Positions 1-9,156 of a stretch of DNA of 64,000 nucleotides are shown here, piece after piece (position 1 is the first letter of the stretch; the number at the start of each line of letters is the position of its first letter). The translations under genes and the position numbers were made by a program. The stretch lies in contig JAHDFM010000017.1 in assembly GCA_020628165.1 (NCBI GenBank), positions 17,690-81,689 on the forward strand, read 5' to 3'. Source of the DNA: Bdellovibrionales bacterium. Lineage in GTDB: Bacteria > Bdellovibrionota > Bdellovibrionia > Bdellovibrionales > UBA1609. Below the pieces are notes generated by a model that saw nothing but the letters and a program-made list of their open reading frames with translations, was not told the DNA's origin and made no database searches.

Positions 1-167
1 TCGCTTTAGAAAAGATTAAAAGTGATGAGTTTGGTATCTGTGAGTACACCGGACTTTCTATTAGCTCATCTCGACTATTGGCGATACCTTGGACTCGACT
101 TAGTATTGAAGGCGCTGAGACAATAGACCAAATACGTAGAAAATTTAAACAACACAGACCTAGCTAA
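1..167 (+). CDS. DksA/TraR-family regulator, C-terminal fragment (5' end outside window)
   Basis: Frame 3 is open from the window edge to TAA at 165-167: ALEKIKSDEFGICEYTGLSISSSRLLAIPWTRLSIEGAETIDQIRRKFKQHRPS. The layout resembles the DksA C-terminal finger region by eye, but only one Cys is retained. Confidence 0.45.
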   Translation, partial: ALEKIKSDEFGICEYTGLSISSSRLLAIPWTRLSIEGAETIDQIRRKFKQHRPS

Positions 168-268
168 AGTTTAATTCTTTCATAATACAAATTAATACTT
201 CAAGCTCTCCGCTTATAAACCGAAGAGGTTTGTAAGAGACAACAGAACGTCATTATGGAGGGCTACTA

Positions 269-2665
269 GTGACGAATGAAAACAAAATACCAGAATCATT
301 GCCGATGTTGCCTGTGCGCGATATTGTTATCTTTCCATACATGATCTTGCCTTTGTACGTAGGCAGAGAGAATTCCATCAAGGCCGTCGAGACAGCACTC
401 GCTAACAATCGAATGATCTTTTTAGCTTCCCAACAAGAAGTCACTGAAGAAAATCCGAGTCCTGATACCATCTACAAAACTGGAACTGTCGCCATGATTA
501 TGCGCATGCGCAAGTTATCTGATGGTCGTATTAAGATTTTAATTCAAGGCTTATCAAAAGCAAAAATTGATGAGTTCAAACAAGTGGAACCTTACTTTGA
601 AGCTAAGATCACAAAAATAGAAACGGACGAAACCAAGTACTCAGAAGAAGAGCTTGCTGAAACTATCAAAAACGTAAAGTCCAAACTTGAAAAAGTCATT
701 GCCCTTGGAAAATTAATTTCACCAGATATTTTATTAGTTCTTGAAGACATCAAAGAACCTGGTCGTCTCGCCGATTTAATTGCCGGTAATTTAAATTTAA
801 AAATTTCAGATTCACAAAAAGTTTTAGAAACAGATGACCCTAAAGAACGTTTAATATTAATTGATGAACTCTTACAAGATGAACTTGAGCTCTTACAAGT
901 TCAATCAAAAATCAACAGCACCGCTAAAGATGAAATGTCAAAATCGCAAAGAGAATACTTTTTAAGAGAGCAAATGAAAGCCATTAAAAATGAACTTGGC
1001 GAAAATGACTCTAAGAGTGAAGAGCACGACGAGTTAAGAAACAAAATTAAAAACTGCGGCATGCCTGAAGAGGTTGAGGCCGAAGCCATCAAACAACTTA
1101 ATCGTTTAGAAAGAATGCACCCAGATGCCAGTGAAGCCTCTATGGTAAGAACATATTTAGACTGGATGATTTGTTTGCCATGGAACGTCAGTACAGAAGA
1201 TGTTTTAGACCTTAAAAAATCTAAAGAAATTTTAGATGATGATCATTATGACTTAGAAAAAGCTAAGAATCGTATTTTAGAATTTTTAGCTGTTAGAAAG
1301 CTCAACGATAATAAACTTTCAGGACCTATCTTATGTTTTGCAGGGCCTCCCGGTGTTGGTAAAACATCACTTGGGAAAAGTATTGCTAAAGCCATGGGCC
1401 GTAAGTACTTCCGCATTTCGTTAGGTGGGGTTAAAGACGAAGCTGAGATTCGCGGACACAGACGCACTTATGTTGGTGCTATGCCAGGAAAAATTGTACA
1501 GTCTTTAAAACAAGTTAAATCTAACAATGCTGTTATCGTTCTTGATGAGATAGATAAATTAGGCTCTGACTTTAGAGGGGACCCAAGTGCCGCCATGCTA
1601 GAAGTTCTAGACCCTGAACAAAACTCTACATTTAGAGACAACTATTTAAATGTTGATTTTGATTTAAGTAACATTTTGTTTTTAGCAACTGCCAACGTTT
1701 TAGAAAACATCCCTGCAGCTCTTAGAGATCGAATGGAAATCATCAATATTTCTGGTTACACAGACAATGACAAAGTCATTATCGCCCAGAAACATTTAGT
1801 GAGAGAGCAAATCAAAGTGAACGGTTTGAGATCAGATCAAATCACTTTTACTGAAGAGGGTTTGCAGTACTTAATTTCTCATTACACACGAGAAGCTGGA
1901 TTAAGAAACTTAAAGCGTGAAATTGGTTCAGTCTGCAGAAAAATTGCAAAGAACATTGTGATGGAAGAAGGTACATCTTATACCGTCACACCTGAATTAG
2001 TATCACAACTCTTAGGTGCACCAAGATTCTTAAAAGAAGAAGCGCTTAAAGAAAATCAAGTGGGCATTACGACTGGCCTAGCTTGGACACAAGCGGGTGG
2101 TCAGATACTTTATGTTGAAGCCATTAAAATGCAAGGGAAGGGTGGTTTAATCTTAACCGGTCAGTTGGGCGATGTGATGAAAGAATCTGCTCGTGCAGCT
2201 ATGTCTTATGCTAAAGCCAACGCAAAAAGCTTAGGTATTCCTGAAAACTGGTTTGAAAATAATGAAATTCACATCCATTTACCGGCAGGAGCGATTCCTA
2301 AAGATGGTCCATCTGCAGGTGTTACGATGTCGACATCATTGATCTCATTAATGACAGACACACCAATTAGAAAAGATGTATGTATGACTGGTGAAGTGAC
2401 TTTAACAGGACGAGTTTTACCAGTCGGTGGAATTAAAGAAAAAGTTTTAGCGGCACTCAGCCACGGTGTAAAAACAGTGATCTTACCAATAGCCAACAAA
2501 AAAGACATCGAAGACATTCCTGAACACTTCAAAGATGGAATGAACTTTGTCTTCGCCGAAAACTTAGACGAAGTGATCGCCGTAGCATTTGATAAAACTA
2601 ATCAAAAAGACAACAACCAAAAGAAAAAAGGCAGAAAGAAAAAAGACGTTTCTGCCGCAGCATAA
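269..2665 (+). CDS. lon: ATP-dependent Lon protease
   Basis: 798-aa ORF. Lon N-domain LPVRDIVIFPYMILPLYVGR, Walker A GPPGVGKTS, protease motif PKDGPSAGV. GGAGGG lies 6 nt upstream of GTG 269. Confidence 0.95.
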   Translation: MTNENKIPESLPMLPVRDIVIFPYMILPLYVGRENSIKAVETALANNRMIFLASQQEVTEENPSPDTIYKTGTVAMIMRMRKLSDGRIKILIQGLSKAKIDEFKQVEPYFEAKITKIETDETKYSEEELAETIKNVKSKLEKVIALGKLISPDILLVLEDIKEPGRLADLIAGNLNLKISDSQKVLETDDPKERLILIDELLQDELELLQVQSKINSTAKDEMSKSQREYFLREQMKAIKNELGENDSKSEEHDELRNKIKNCGMPEEVEAEAIKQLNRLERMHPDASEASMVRTYLDWMICLPWNVSTEDVLDLKKSKEILDDDHYDLEKAKNRILEFLAVRKLNDNKLSGPILCFAGPPGVGKTSLGKSIAKAMGRKYFRISLGGVKDEAEIRGHRRTYVGAMPGKIVQSLKQVKSNNAVIVLDEIDKLGSDFRGDPSAAMLEVLDPEQNSTFRDNYLNVDFDLSNILFLATANVLENIPAALRDRMEIINISGYTDNDKVIIAQKHLVREQIKVNGLRSDQITFTEEGLQYLISHYTREAGLRNLKREIGSVCRKIAKNIVMEEGTSYTVTPELVSQLLGAPRFLKEEALKENQVGITTGLAWTQAGGQILYVEAIKMQGKGGLILTGQLGDVMKESARAAMSYAKANAKSLGIPENWFENNEIHIHLPAGAIPKDGPSAGVTMSTSLISLMTDTPIRKDVCMTGEVTLTGRVLPVGGIKEKVLAALSHGVKTVILPIANKKDIEDIPEHFKDGMNFVFAENLDEVIAVAFDKTNQKDNNQKKKGRKKKDVSAAA

Positions 2666-2680
2666 TTTTAAAAACCTAAA

Positions 2681-2709
2681 AAGCTTATTTACAACTGATA
2701 AATAAGCTT
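2681..2709 (+). terminator. Hairpin downstream of lon (candidate intrinsic terminator)
   Basis: Perfect 11-bp stem AAGCTTATTTA / TAAATAAGCTT with a 7-nt loop, 16 nt after the lon stop. The trailing T-run is weak. Confidence 0.45.
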
Positions 2710-2782
2710 CAAAATTCTTTGATAAATTAAATCTTATCTCAAATTATCATTTTGTGTTAAAACATTGTCTTTTATCGTAAAG

Positions 2783-2882
2783 ACATCCCTAGCAGAGCAA
2801 CGCCATCCTCAGCTTTAGTGAAGGACCTCAACATAAAATCCTAATTTTTTCGATACGCCCTTTGCTAACGCTCAGGATGACA
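2783..2882. repeat. REP-like palindromic intergenic element (CATCCTGAGC..AGCGAAGGAC-type units)
   Basis: Two direct diverged units (acatccctagcagagcaacgc, catcctcagctttagtgaaggacc) and one inverted unit (gccctttgctaacgctcaggatgaca). Related to the element at 5923-6015. Confidence 0.45.
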
Positions 2883-2905
2883 GGACAAAATATTCTATTT
2901 ACTGA

Positions 2906-3172
2906 CTATAAACTTACAGTCTCATCGTTATCATATGTGACAGTTTCTATGCACGTGTATGTGAAAGTATCTAAACCCATATCCATTTTACAACCTTCAG
3001 AATTCAATTTATTGAACTCTTCATTAGTCATCTCATCAATGAGACCCTTACAAGTCACAACTACTTTATCAAAACCTAATGGTTCTTCGATACAAGTGGT
3101 GTTGCTTTCGCTGGCTAAAACACTTTGCCAAAAAAATAAAGTAAGTGCACAAATGATTATTTTTTGAAACAT
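2906..3172 (-). CDS. Small secreted Cys-containing hypothetical protein
   Basis: 88-aa ORF with signal peptide MFQKIIICALTLFFWQSVLASE. GGGAGGA Shine-Dalgarno lies 6 nt upstream of the ATG. Confidence 0.55.
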   Translation of the reverse strand: MFQKIIICALTLFFWQSVLASESNTTCIEEPLGFDKVVVTCKGLIDEMTNEEFNKLNSEGCKMDMGLDTFTYTCIETVTYDNDETVSL

Positions 3173-3309
3173 TGATTATCCTCCCGTATGCTTATTGAGT
3201 TCTATCAATATTCCAAACAGGGTAATTTTGTAGGAAAAACGAACAAAGCGTAGTTTTTACATTTGTATAAAATTATTTTATATAGAACTTTTTATATTTA
3301 CTTAGGTAC

Positions 3310-3630
3310 CTAGTAACACTTATAGGCTATGCCGGTAGATGAAGTACCAGTTTCTGAAAACTCTTCGACTTTTAAGTAGTTTGCGCCCTTGCTCATCGCT
3401 GTCTGTTTGAGGTCATCAAGTGCGTCTTGCTGAGTGCCCGTTACAGACATAGTTGTTCCTCTCAATAAACCTAATTCTTCACAATTACCCATAGGAAGCT
3501 CGCGACTCACAGTGAGTTCATCTGACTTCATGATAGCACTGGGAGTTTTATAAGTAGAACCACAACTTATAAGTAAGGTTGTTATGGTTAGTAGAAATAA
3601 GTTTTTATAAATCGTCTTCAAGCCAATCAT
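3310..3630 (-). CDS. Small lipoprotein (possibly DUF4156-like)
   Basis: 106 aa. Lipobox LLISC after a hydrophobic N-terminus. The C-terminal GANYLKV...GIAYKCY recalls small lipoprotein families; this family call is from memory only. Confidence 0.55.
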   Translation of the reverse strand: MIGLKTIYKNLFLLTITTLLISCGSTYKTPSAIMKSDELTVSRELPMGNCEELGLLRGTTMSVTGTQQDALDDLKQTAMSKGANYLKVEEFSETGTSSTGIAYKCY

Positions 3631-4213
3631 TTGCCAATTCTATCGCTGGTGTTGGTATATATTCAAGTTCTATTGGTTCTGGCTGTATGGATTCAATCAC
3701 ATCATGAGCAGAGCTTTGTGGCTCTTGTAAATGATCGTCTTTATCAAATGCTTTATAACCCTCAACTTGTTGCTCAAGAGCGTGCACTAACATTTTCAAG
3801 TCTGTGATCTCATCTTTAAGAACTAAGATCTGCTCTTCTTTTTCTTTTAAGTTTAAGGTGTAAGCATTTTTCAGCTCAGTGACCATAAATAAAACCTCTG
3901 GTGAAATTTCATTTTTTATATCTGACGAGTTTACAGGCGGCATAGCTTCTGATTTCATCGCAATGTCATCCTCTTGGCTACTAAAATTTTGTGGGGGGGC
4001 GGTCGTAGCTTTGGGGGTCAATTGGTGATGAGTTAAGTCACCTTGCGTATTATTTAACCTGTGGTCACTTAACGGTAGATTCTCTAAGTAGTATTTGCCG
4101 TCTTCATAGACACAATTGACCTTCTTAGATTTAATTCTTCGACGCAACGTGGAAACACTCACTTTATATGAATTTGAATACTCAGATAATGTTAACCACT
4201 TATTATTTTGCAC
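3605..4213 (-). CDS. Putative DNA-binding protein (N-terminal MerR/excisionase-type HTH, C-terminal coiled coil)
   Basis: 202 aa. N-terminus WLTLSEYSNSYKVSVSTLRRRIKSKKV looks like an HTH. The heptad-like segment LKEKEEQILVLKDEITDLKMLVHALEQQVE looks coiled-coil. Confidence 0.55.
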   Translation of the reverse strand: MQNNKWLTLSEYSNSYKVSVSTLRRRIKSKKVNCVYEDGKYYLENLPLSDHRLNNTQGDLTHHQLTPKATTAPPQNFSSQEDDIAMKSEAMPPVNSSDIKNEISPEVLFMVTELKNAYTLNLKEKEEQILVLKDEITDLKMLVHALEQQVEGYKAFDKDDHLQEPQSSAHDVIESIQPEPIELEYIPTPAIELANDWLEDDL

Positions 4214-4230
4214 CTAATTCTCCCATTAAA

Positions 4231-4256
4231 TGACTATGCTTAAATTAGCATAGTCA
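4231..4256. promoter_or_regulatory. Perfect 10-bp inverted repeat, candidate operator upstream of the HTH gene
   Basis: TGACTATGCT-6 nt-AGCATAGTCA, ending 18 nt upstream of the start codon at 4213. Confidence 0.35.
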
Positions 4257-4466
4257 AAAATATTGTAAAGTGAACTACTCAAACTCTAGACTCAAGGCCT
4301 AACCATATGGGTTAAAATACCTATAAATACAGTATTTCGTCTAGTCCAGAGAAATCTGCATAGGCATTCTACATTTCTGTGGACAATGAATATTCTCTCA
4401 TTCTTATGAATGCCTATTCAAAATTAGAGATTCTTAAAAAAACTGTCCTAATGCCCTTTTGACCAC

Positions 4467-4480
4467 TTTGACTAGTCAAA
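4467..4480. promoter_or_regulatory. 14-bp perfect palindrome upstream of the patatin gene
   Basis: TTTGACTAGTCAAA, preceded by a related TTTGACC half-site. Lies in the divergent intergenic region. Confidence 0.3.
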
Positions 4481-4543
4481 CACATCTGGCTAGCCAAGAT
4501 ATGTAAATGTTTAAAATTACTTATTTTGTACTGAATAGTCATC

Positions 4544-5800
4544 GTGACACGCAATGTGTTTGTTCTTACGGCTGAATCAGTTACTATATTTGAGATGAAG
4601 CTCAGCGAGTACAAATCACCAGCATTAGTCTGCAGCGGAGGCGGTATAAAAGCAGCTGCCTTTCATATTGGGGTTAGCCTTGCCCTCAAAGAGCTTGGCT
4701 TTAATTTTGCCGGTGGCTCCAAAAATTATGTGAAATCTAACTATGAAAAAACAGACCCCCTGACATTTAAGACCTATGTTGGTTCCAGTGCAGGCTCTGT
4801 GGTTTGTAGCTTTCTTGCAGCCGGTTATAGCATTGAAGCCATCATTGAAGCATTCACACAAGGCAATGGGATAGAGGGCTTCAATACCCAAAGTGAAGAC
4901 TCAAACCTCAAGCCTATCAGCTATAAAGATATTTTCTCGGTGAACCTTAATGCCTCGCCACTTAAAATTTTTAAAAGTGTCTTTAAAAAAGGCATAAATA
5001 TTAAAGGTGGATTTGAAGTTTTACTCAAAAAAAACCTCAAATACAGTGGTTTTTTTTCGACTCAAAATTTAGAACGCTACTTCAGAGAACACGTTTTAAC
5101 AGATGTGAATCAATTTGAAGACTTAGGGGTGAACCTTTATATCGTAGCCACTCAGCTCAACCATTCACGCAAAGTGATCTTTGGCCCTCATAAAAAGTTT
5201 AGCCAAAATGAAAGATCACAAAAAGCAGGCTATGCTAAAATTAGTGAAGCTGTGGCGGCCTCAACAAGTTTGCCACCAGTGTTTTCACCTTTTGGTATCG
5301 AGAATGAACGCGGAGATATGGTTTATTTTTTTGATGGTGAAATCCGTGACACTCTTTCTACTCATGTGGCCGCTGACTCTGGATCTGACTTAATTATCTC
5401 GTCTTATTCCATTCAGCCATATCACTACAACGAAGAAATGGGCTCACTGCACGAATACGGAATCCCCGTCATTATCAACCAAGCTTTGTATCAATGTGTT
5501 CAGCAAAAAATTGATGCCCACCGCAAAAACAGACAAAACATCAAAGATGTGATCAACACGGTGGATGGTTACCTAAAAGAAATCAACTTAGATAAAGAAC
5601 ACCGAGAAAAACTTATAGAAATTATTATTAAAAAAACCAAACACAAACACGATGTTGAGTTCATATACATCCACCCAAGCCCTGAAGACTACGAAATGTT
5701 TTTCGCCGATCACTTCAGCCTCAACCCAGACATTCTCAATGCCATAGTAAAAACAGGTTTCCGTTCGGCCATGAACAAACTACGCCACTATAAAATTTAA
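4544..5800 (+). CDS. Patatin-like phospholipase
   Basis: GGGIKAAAFHIG (oxyanion hole), GSSAGS (GxSxG nucleophile), FFDGEIRD (catalytic Asp). Start is uncertain: GTG 4544 or ATG 4595. Confidence 0.85.
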   Translation: MTRNVFVLTAESVTIFEMKLSEYKSPALVCSGGGIKAAAFHIGVSLALKELGFNFAGGSKNYVKSNYEKTDPLTFKTYVGSSAGSVVCSFLAAGYSIEAIIEAFTQGNGIEGFNTQSEDSNLKPISYKDIFSVNLNASPLKIFKSVFKKGINIKGGFEVLLKKNLKYSGFFSTQNLERYFREHVLTDVNQFEDLGVNLYIVATQLNHSRKVIFGPHKKFSQNERSQKAGYAKISEAVAASTSLPPVFSPFGIENERGDMVYFFDGEIRDTLSTHVAADSGSDLIISSYSIQPYHYNEEMGSLHEYGIPVIINQALYQCVQQKIDAHRKNRQNIKDVINTVDGYLKEINLDKEHREKLIEIIIKKTKHKHDVEFIYIHPSPEDYEMFFADHFSLNPDILNAIVKTGFRSAMNKLRHYKI

Positions 5801-5922
5801 ACTTATTCGCTCTTTATTGGCAAAATGAAAAGTGAACAGCGCAAAACTGTTTATTTCTTTAGTTAAAAGAGAAGATTTTAAAAATTATCACCGTATGGAC
5901 ATCTTGAGTCTAACTCAATAAT

Positions 5923-6015
5923 CCTAAACAAATCCTATCGTCCTGAGCAGAGCGAAAGACCTATCGCATAATTTGGAATTGTTTGTTTAGGTCCTTTACT
6001 TCGCCCAGGATGACA
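5923..6015. repeat. REP-like palindromic intergenic element, second copy
   Basis: Arm tcgtcctgagcagagcgaaagacc and inverted arm gtcctttacttcgcccaggatgaca. A nested inverted repeat cctaaacaaa / tttgtttagg is also present. Lies between the convergent patatin gene and nuoN. Confidence 0.45.
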
Positions 6016-6087
6016 TAGCTTCTCTCAAGAAGATAATACTTACTTCAAAATGACAGTAATTTGATGAGCTAAGGAACTCTTAGTATT

Positions 6088-7575
6088 TTAAAACAACACC
6101 ATCGTTGATTTTAAGACATACAAGTAAAGCTTGTTGGCAAAGATACCAAAGATCACTAATAAGCTAGCGCATGAAATCACTGCCATCATAGAAAATCTCT
6201 TCTCTCTAAAGTTAATAGTTTCCGTTAACTTTGATGGCATGTCTGCAAAGTACATATTCACAATTGGTCGTAGATAGTAATAAACACTGATCACTGAACC
6301 GACAACAGCCCAAATACTTAACCAAATAAAACCTTGTTGCAATGACGCTGAAATCACAAAGAACTTAGAGAAAAAGCCCATCAACGGCGGTATGCCTGCC
6401 AAGCTTAAAAGCGTGATCGTAAGAGCTGCAGCTAACCACGGATGGTTGTAGCCCATGCCTTTTAAGTCATCCACGCTCAATATGGTGTTATGTCTTTTTT
6501 CTAAAATATTTACTATTCCAAAACTAGCCAACGTCATAAAAGCATAAGCAGTTAGGTAAAATAACATCGCAGTAACACCTGCAGCAGAATCTGTGCTCAC
6601 CCCTGCTGCTAATAAACCCAACAAGGCATAACCTGTGTGTGCCACACCAGAATAAGCAAGAAGACGTTTTAAATTACTTTGAATAATCGCCGCAAAATTA
6701 CCAACTAAAATTGTTAAAGCGGCTAACCACTCAAGGCTATTTAAAATTACAATTGAGTCTTCGTTGATTAAAAATTGCGTGCCAAACCACCTTAACAAAG
6801 CATAGAAGCTAACAATCTTCACACCCGTTGCCATGAAATTAGTGATCGCTGTCGGAGAGCCTTGATAAACATCAGGAGTCCAAGAGAAAAATGGGAACGC
6901 AGCCACTTTAAAAAATAAACCTAAGGTCACCATCAGGCTTCCAATCAGAAAGATACGACTTGTAGAAATCAACTCTGGAGCTACACCAGCAATTTCTTGC
7001 AAGTAAGTAGAACCTACTGAACCATAGATAAAAGAAATCCCATACAAGAAAATCGCAGACGCTAAACTTCCCAAAACAAAGTACTTAAGAGCACTTTCCT
7101 TAGATAGCCTCTCTTCGTAGGTTAACGTGATGGCCATATAAATACACAGTGACATCACCTCAATACCAATGAATAAAACGATCAAATCATTGGCCCACAA
7201 AACCACTAGCATTCCAAGTGTGGAGTTCATTATTAAAAACAAAAGCTCAGAGAATAAATTACGATCTGTGAACGAGCTCTCTTTAGCATAAATTACTGAA
7301 AATGCAGCCGTGATCAAAACCACTAGGCTTGCAAAAGTGGCCGAAGAGTCTACTTTCAAAGCATTTGAAAAAACATAAGAATTGGTTTTTTCCATTAGCA
7401 ATACCAAACCAAATGAAATTAAAATGCCTGTAAGAGCATATAAAACTGAACCAGCATGATTTATTTCTCTGTTGTTGCTAAACACTTTAGTTAACAAAGG
7501 TGGTAAACTAAAAATAAATAAAGTTATCAGTGGTAGTATTAAAACTAAATCTTGAATGCCAATATTAATATTCAT
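6088..7575 (-). CDS. nuoN: NADH-quinone oxidoreductase subunit N
   Basis: 495-aa polytopic antiporter-like ORF. Last gene of the nuo array; 4-nt overlap with nuoM. Confidence 0.88.
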   Translation of the reverse strand: MNINIGIQDLVLILPLITLFIFSLPPLLTKVFSNNREINHAGSVLYALTGILISFGLVLLMEKTNSYVFSNALKVDSSATFASLVVLITAAFSVIYAKESSFTDRNLFSELLFLIMNSTLGMLVVLWANDLIVLFIGIEVMSLCIYMAITLTYEERLSKESALKYFVLGSLASAIFLYGISFIYGSVGSTYLQEIAGVAPELISTSRIFLIGSLMVTLGLFFKVAAFPFFSWTPDVYQGSPTAITNFMATGVKIVSFYALLRWFGTQFLINEDSIVILNSLEWLAALTILVGNFAAIIQSNLKRLLAYSGVAHTGYALLGLLAAGVSTDSAAGVTAMLFYLTAYAFMTLASFGIVNILEKRHNTILSVDDLKGMGYNHPWLAAALTITLLSLAGIPPLMGFFSKFFVISASLQQGFIWLSIWAVVGSVISVYYYLRPIVNMYFADMPSKLTETINFREKRFSMMAVISCASLLVIFGIFANKLYLYVLKSTMVLF

Positions 7576-9152
7576 TGATCTTCCGCCTTGTTCACAAACG
7601 CAAACTGATTCTTATCCTGAGTTATCGTTTTATTTTCGTAGGTTAAATAGTAGTTATCTTTGTTGTTCATTAAATGGTTGATGCTCTTTTCAGACCACTT
7701 TAAAAAATGTCCTGGCAGCAAGCCCATCCAGAAAACTAGAACTACTAAAGGTGCCAGTACTGCTACTTCACGTTTGTTGATCTCTAGTTTGTCTCTGTAC
7801 TTTTCAACCAGCTCTCCATCAGTTCCAAAAAACACTTTCTTAACCATCCACAACATATAAGTGGCGCCAAGAACAACACCCAATGCTGCAAGAGCCGCCA
7901 ACACTTTGTTGGCCTGGAAGGCTCCCATCAAAATTAAGAATTCACCGATAAAACCATTGGTCATTGGCACTGCAATACTTGAAAAAGTAATAATCATAAA
8001 AATAATCGTGAACCAAGGAGCGGCTTTGGCAAGACCACCGTACTTACTGATTTCACGGTTGTGTGTTCTTTCATAGATAATACCCACTAATAGGAACAAA
8101 GCCCCAGTGCTAACACCGTGGTTGAGCATTTGATACAAACCACCTGTCACTCCGTAATGGTTCAAAGCAAACAAACCCAATACTACATACCCCATATGAG
8201 ACACAGACGAGTAAGCGACAAGCTTTTTTATGTCTGGCTGAACCATAGCCACTAAGGCACCGTAAATAATTCCTATCACAGCAAGCAACATCATTAACCA
8301 AGCCCAGTAAGCCGTTGCCTCTGGAAACAAAGGAAGCACAAGCCTTAAGAAGCCATAAGTTCCCATCTTCAACATAACACCGGCTAAAATGACAGAGCCC
8401 GCAGTTGGAGCTTCAGTGTGCGCATCTGGTAACCATGTGTGCACTGGAAACATTGGGCACTTAATGGCGAAAGCCAAGCAAAAAGCGAAGAACAATAAGG
8501 TTTGTGAGTTAATTAGTGTGTTACCGACAAAAGGAATGTCTAATTTATAGAAGTCCAAAATACTTGCACTCATCGCACCACCTTCAAGAGTGGTGGTCAT
8601 GACCATTAAGGTGATGATCGCTAAAAGCATAAATACTGAACCAAACATAGTGTATATAAAGAACTTGATTGATGCGTAGATTTTTCTAGGACCACCCCAA
8701 AGACCAATTAAAAAGTACATTGGAATTAGTGCTGCTTCAAAAAATACGTAAAACAAAACGGCATCCATCGCTAAAAACGTTCCCAACAAAGTGGTTTCCA
8801 TCGCTAAGATACTTGCAAAAAATATTTTTTGTTTTTCTTTAACCGCGGTCCAACTTCCTAAGATCGTAATTGGAGTTAAAAAGGTGGTTAGAATTACAAG
8901 CCACAGAGAAATACCATCAATACCGACAAAATAATTAATACCAAATGCCTGCACCCAACTGTACTTCTCGACCATTTGCAAACTGGCTGTGCCAATGTCA
9001 AAATCTCTCAATATCCTTAGGCTTAAAATAAAGACAGAGCTTGAAAAGCCAAGGGCGTACCATTTGGCGTTCTTTTCTTTTGCGAAAAACAAAATATACA
9101 GTGCAAAAAATAAGGGAATAAATATGACTAAAGAAAGCGTCCAACTGAACAT
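7572..9152 (-). CDS. nuoM: NADH-quinone oxidoreductase subunit M
   Basis: 526-aa antiporter-like membrane ORF (WLPDAHTEAPTAGSVILAG motif). Confidence 0.9.
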   Translation of the reverse strand: MFSWTLSLVIFIPLFFALYILFFAKEKNAKWYALGFSSSVFILSLRILRDFDIGTASLQMVEKYSWVQAFGINYFVGIDGISLWLVILTTFLTPITILGSWTAVKEKQKIFFASILAMETTLLGTFLAMDAVLFYVFFEAALIPMYFLIGLWGGPRKIYASIKFFIYTMFGSVFMLLAIITLMVMTTTLEGGAMSASILDFYKLDIPFVGNTLINSQTLLFFAFCLAFAIKCPMFPVHTWLPDAHTEAPTAGSVILAGVMLKMGTYGFLRLVLPLFPEATAYWAWLMMLLAVIGIIYGALVAMVQPDIKKLVAYSSVSHMGYVVLGLFALNHYGVTGGLYQMLNHGVSTGALFLLVGIIYERTHNREISKYGGLAKAAPWFTIIFMIITFSSIAVPMTNGFIGEFLILMGAFQANKVLAALAALGVVLGATYMLWMVKKVFFGTDGELVEKYRDKLEINKREVAVLAPLVVLVFWMGLLPGHFLKWSEKSINHLMNNKDNYYLTYENKTITQDKNQFAFVNKAEDQ

Positions 9153-9156
9153 GCTA

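Noticed and set aside
2862-3167. 101-aa plus-strand ORF overlapping the 88-aa minus-strand ORF.
   Set aside because: The minus-strand ORF has a clear signal peptide and a GGGAGGA Shine-Dalgarno sequence. The plus-strand ORF has neither.
4544-5800. Patatin-like lipase considered as a CBASS (CapV-type) or other defence effector.
   Set aside because: No CD-NTase, sensor or other defence-associated gene is adjacent. The neighbours are small exported proteins and an HTH protein.
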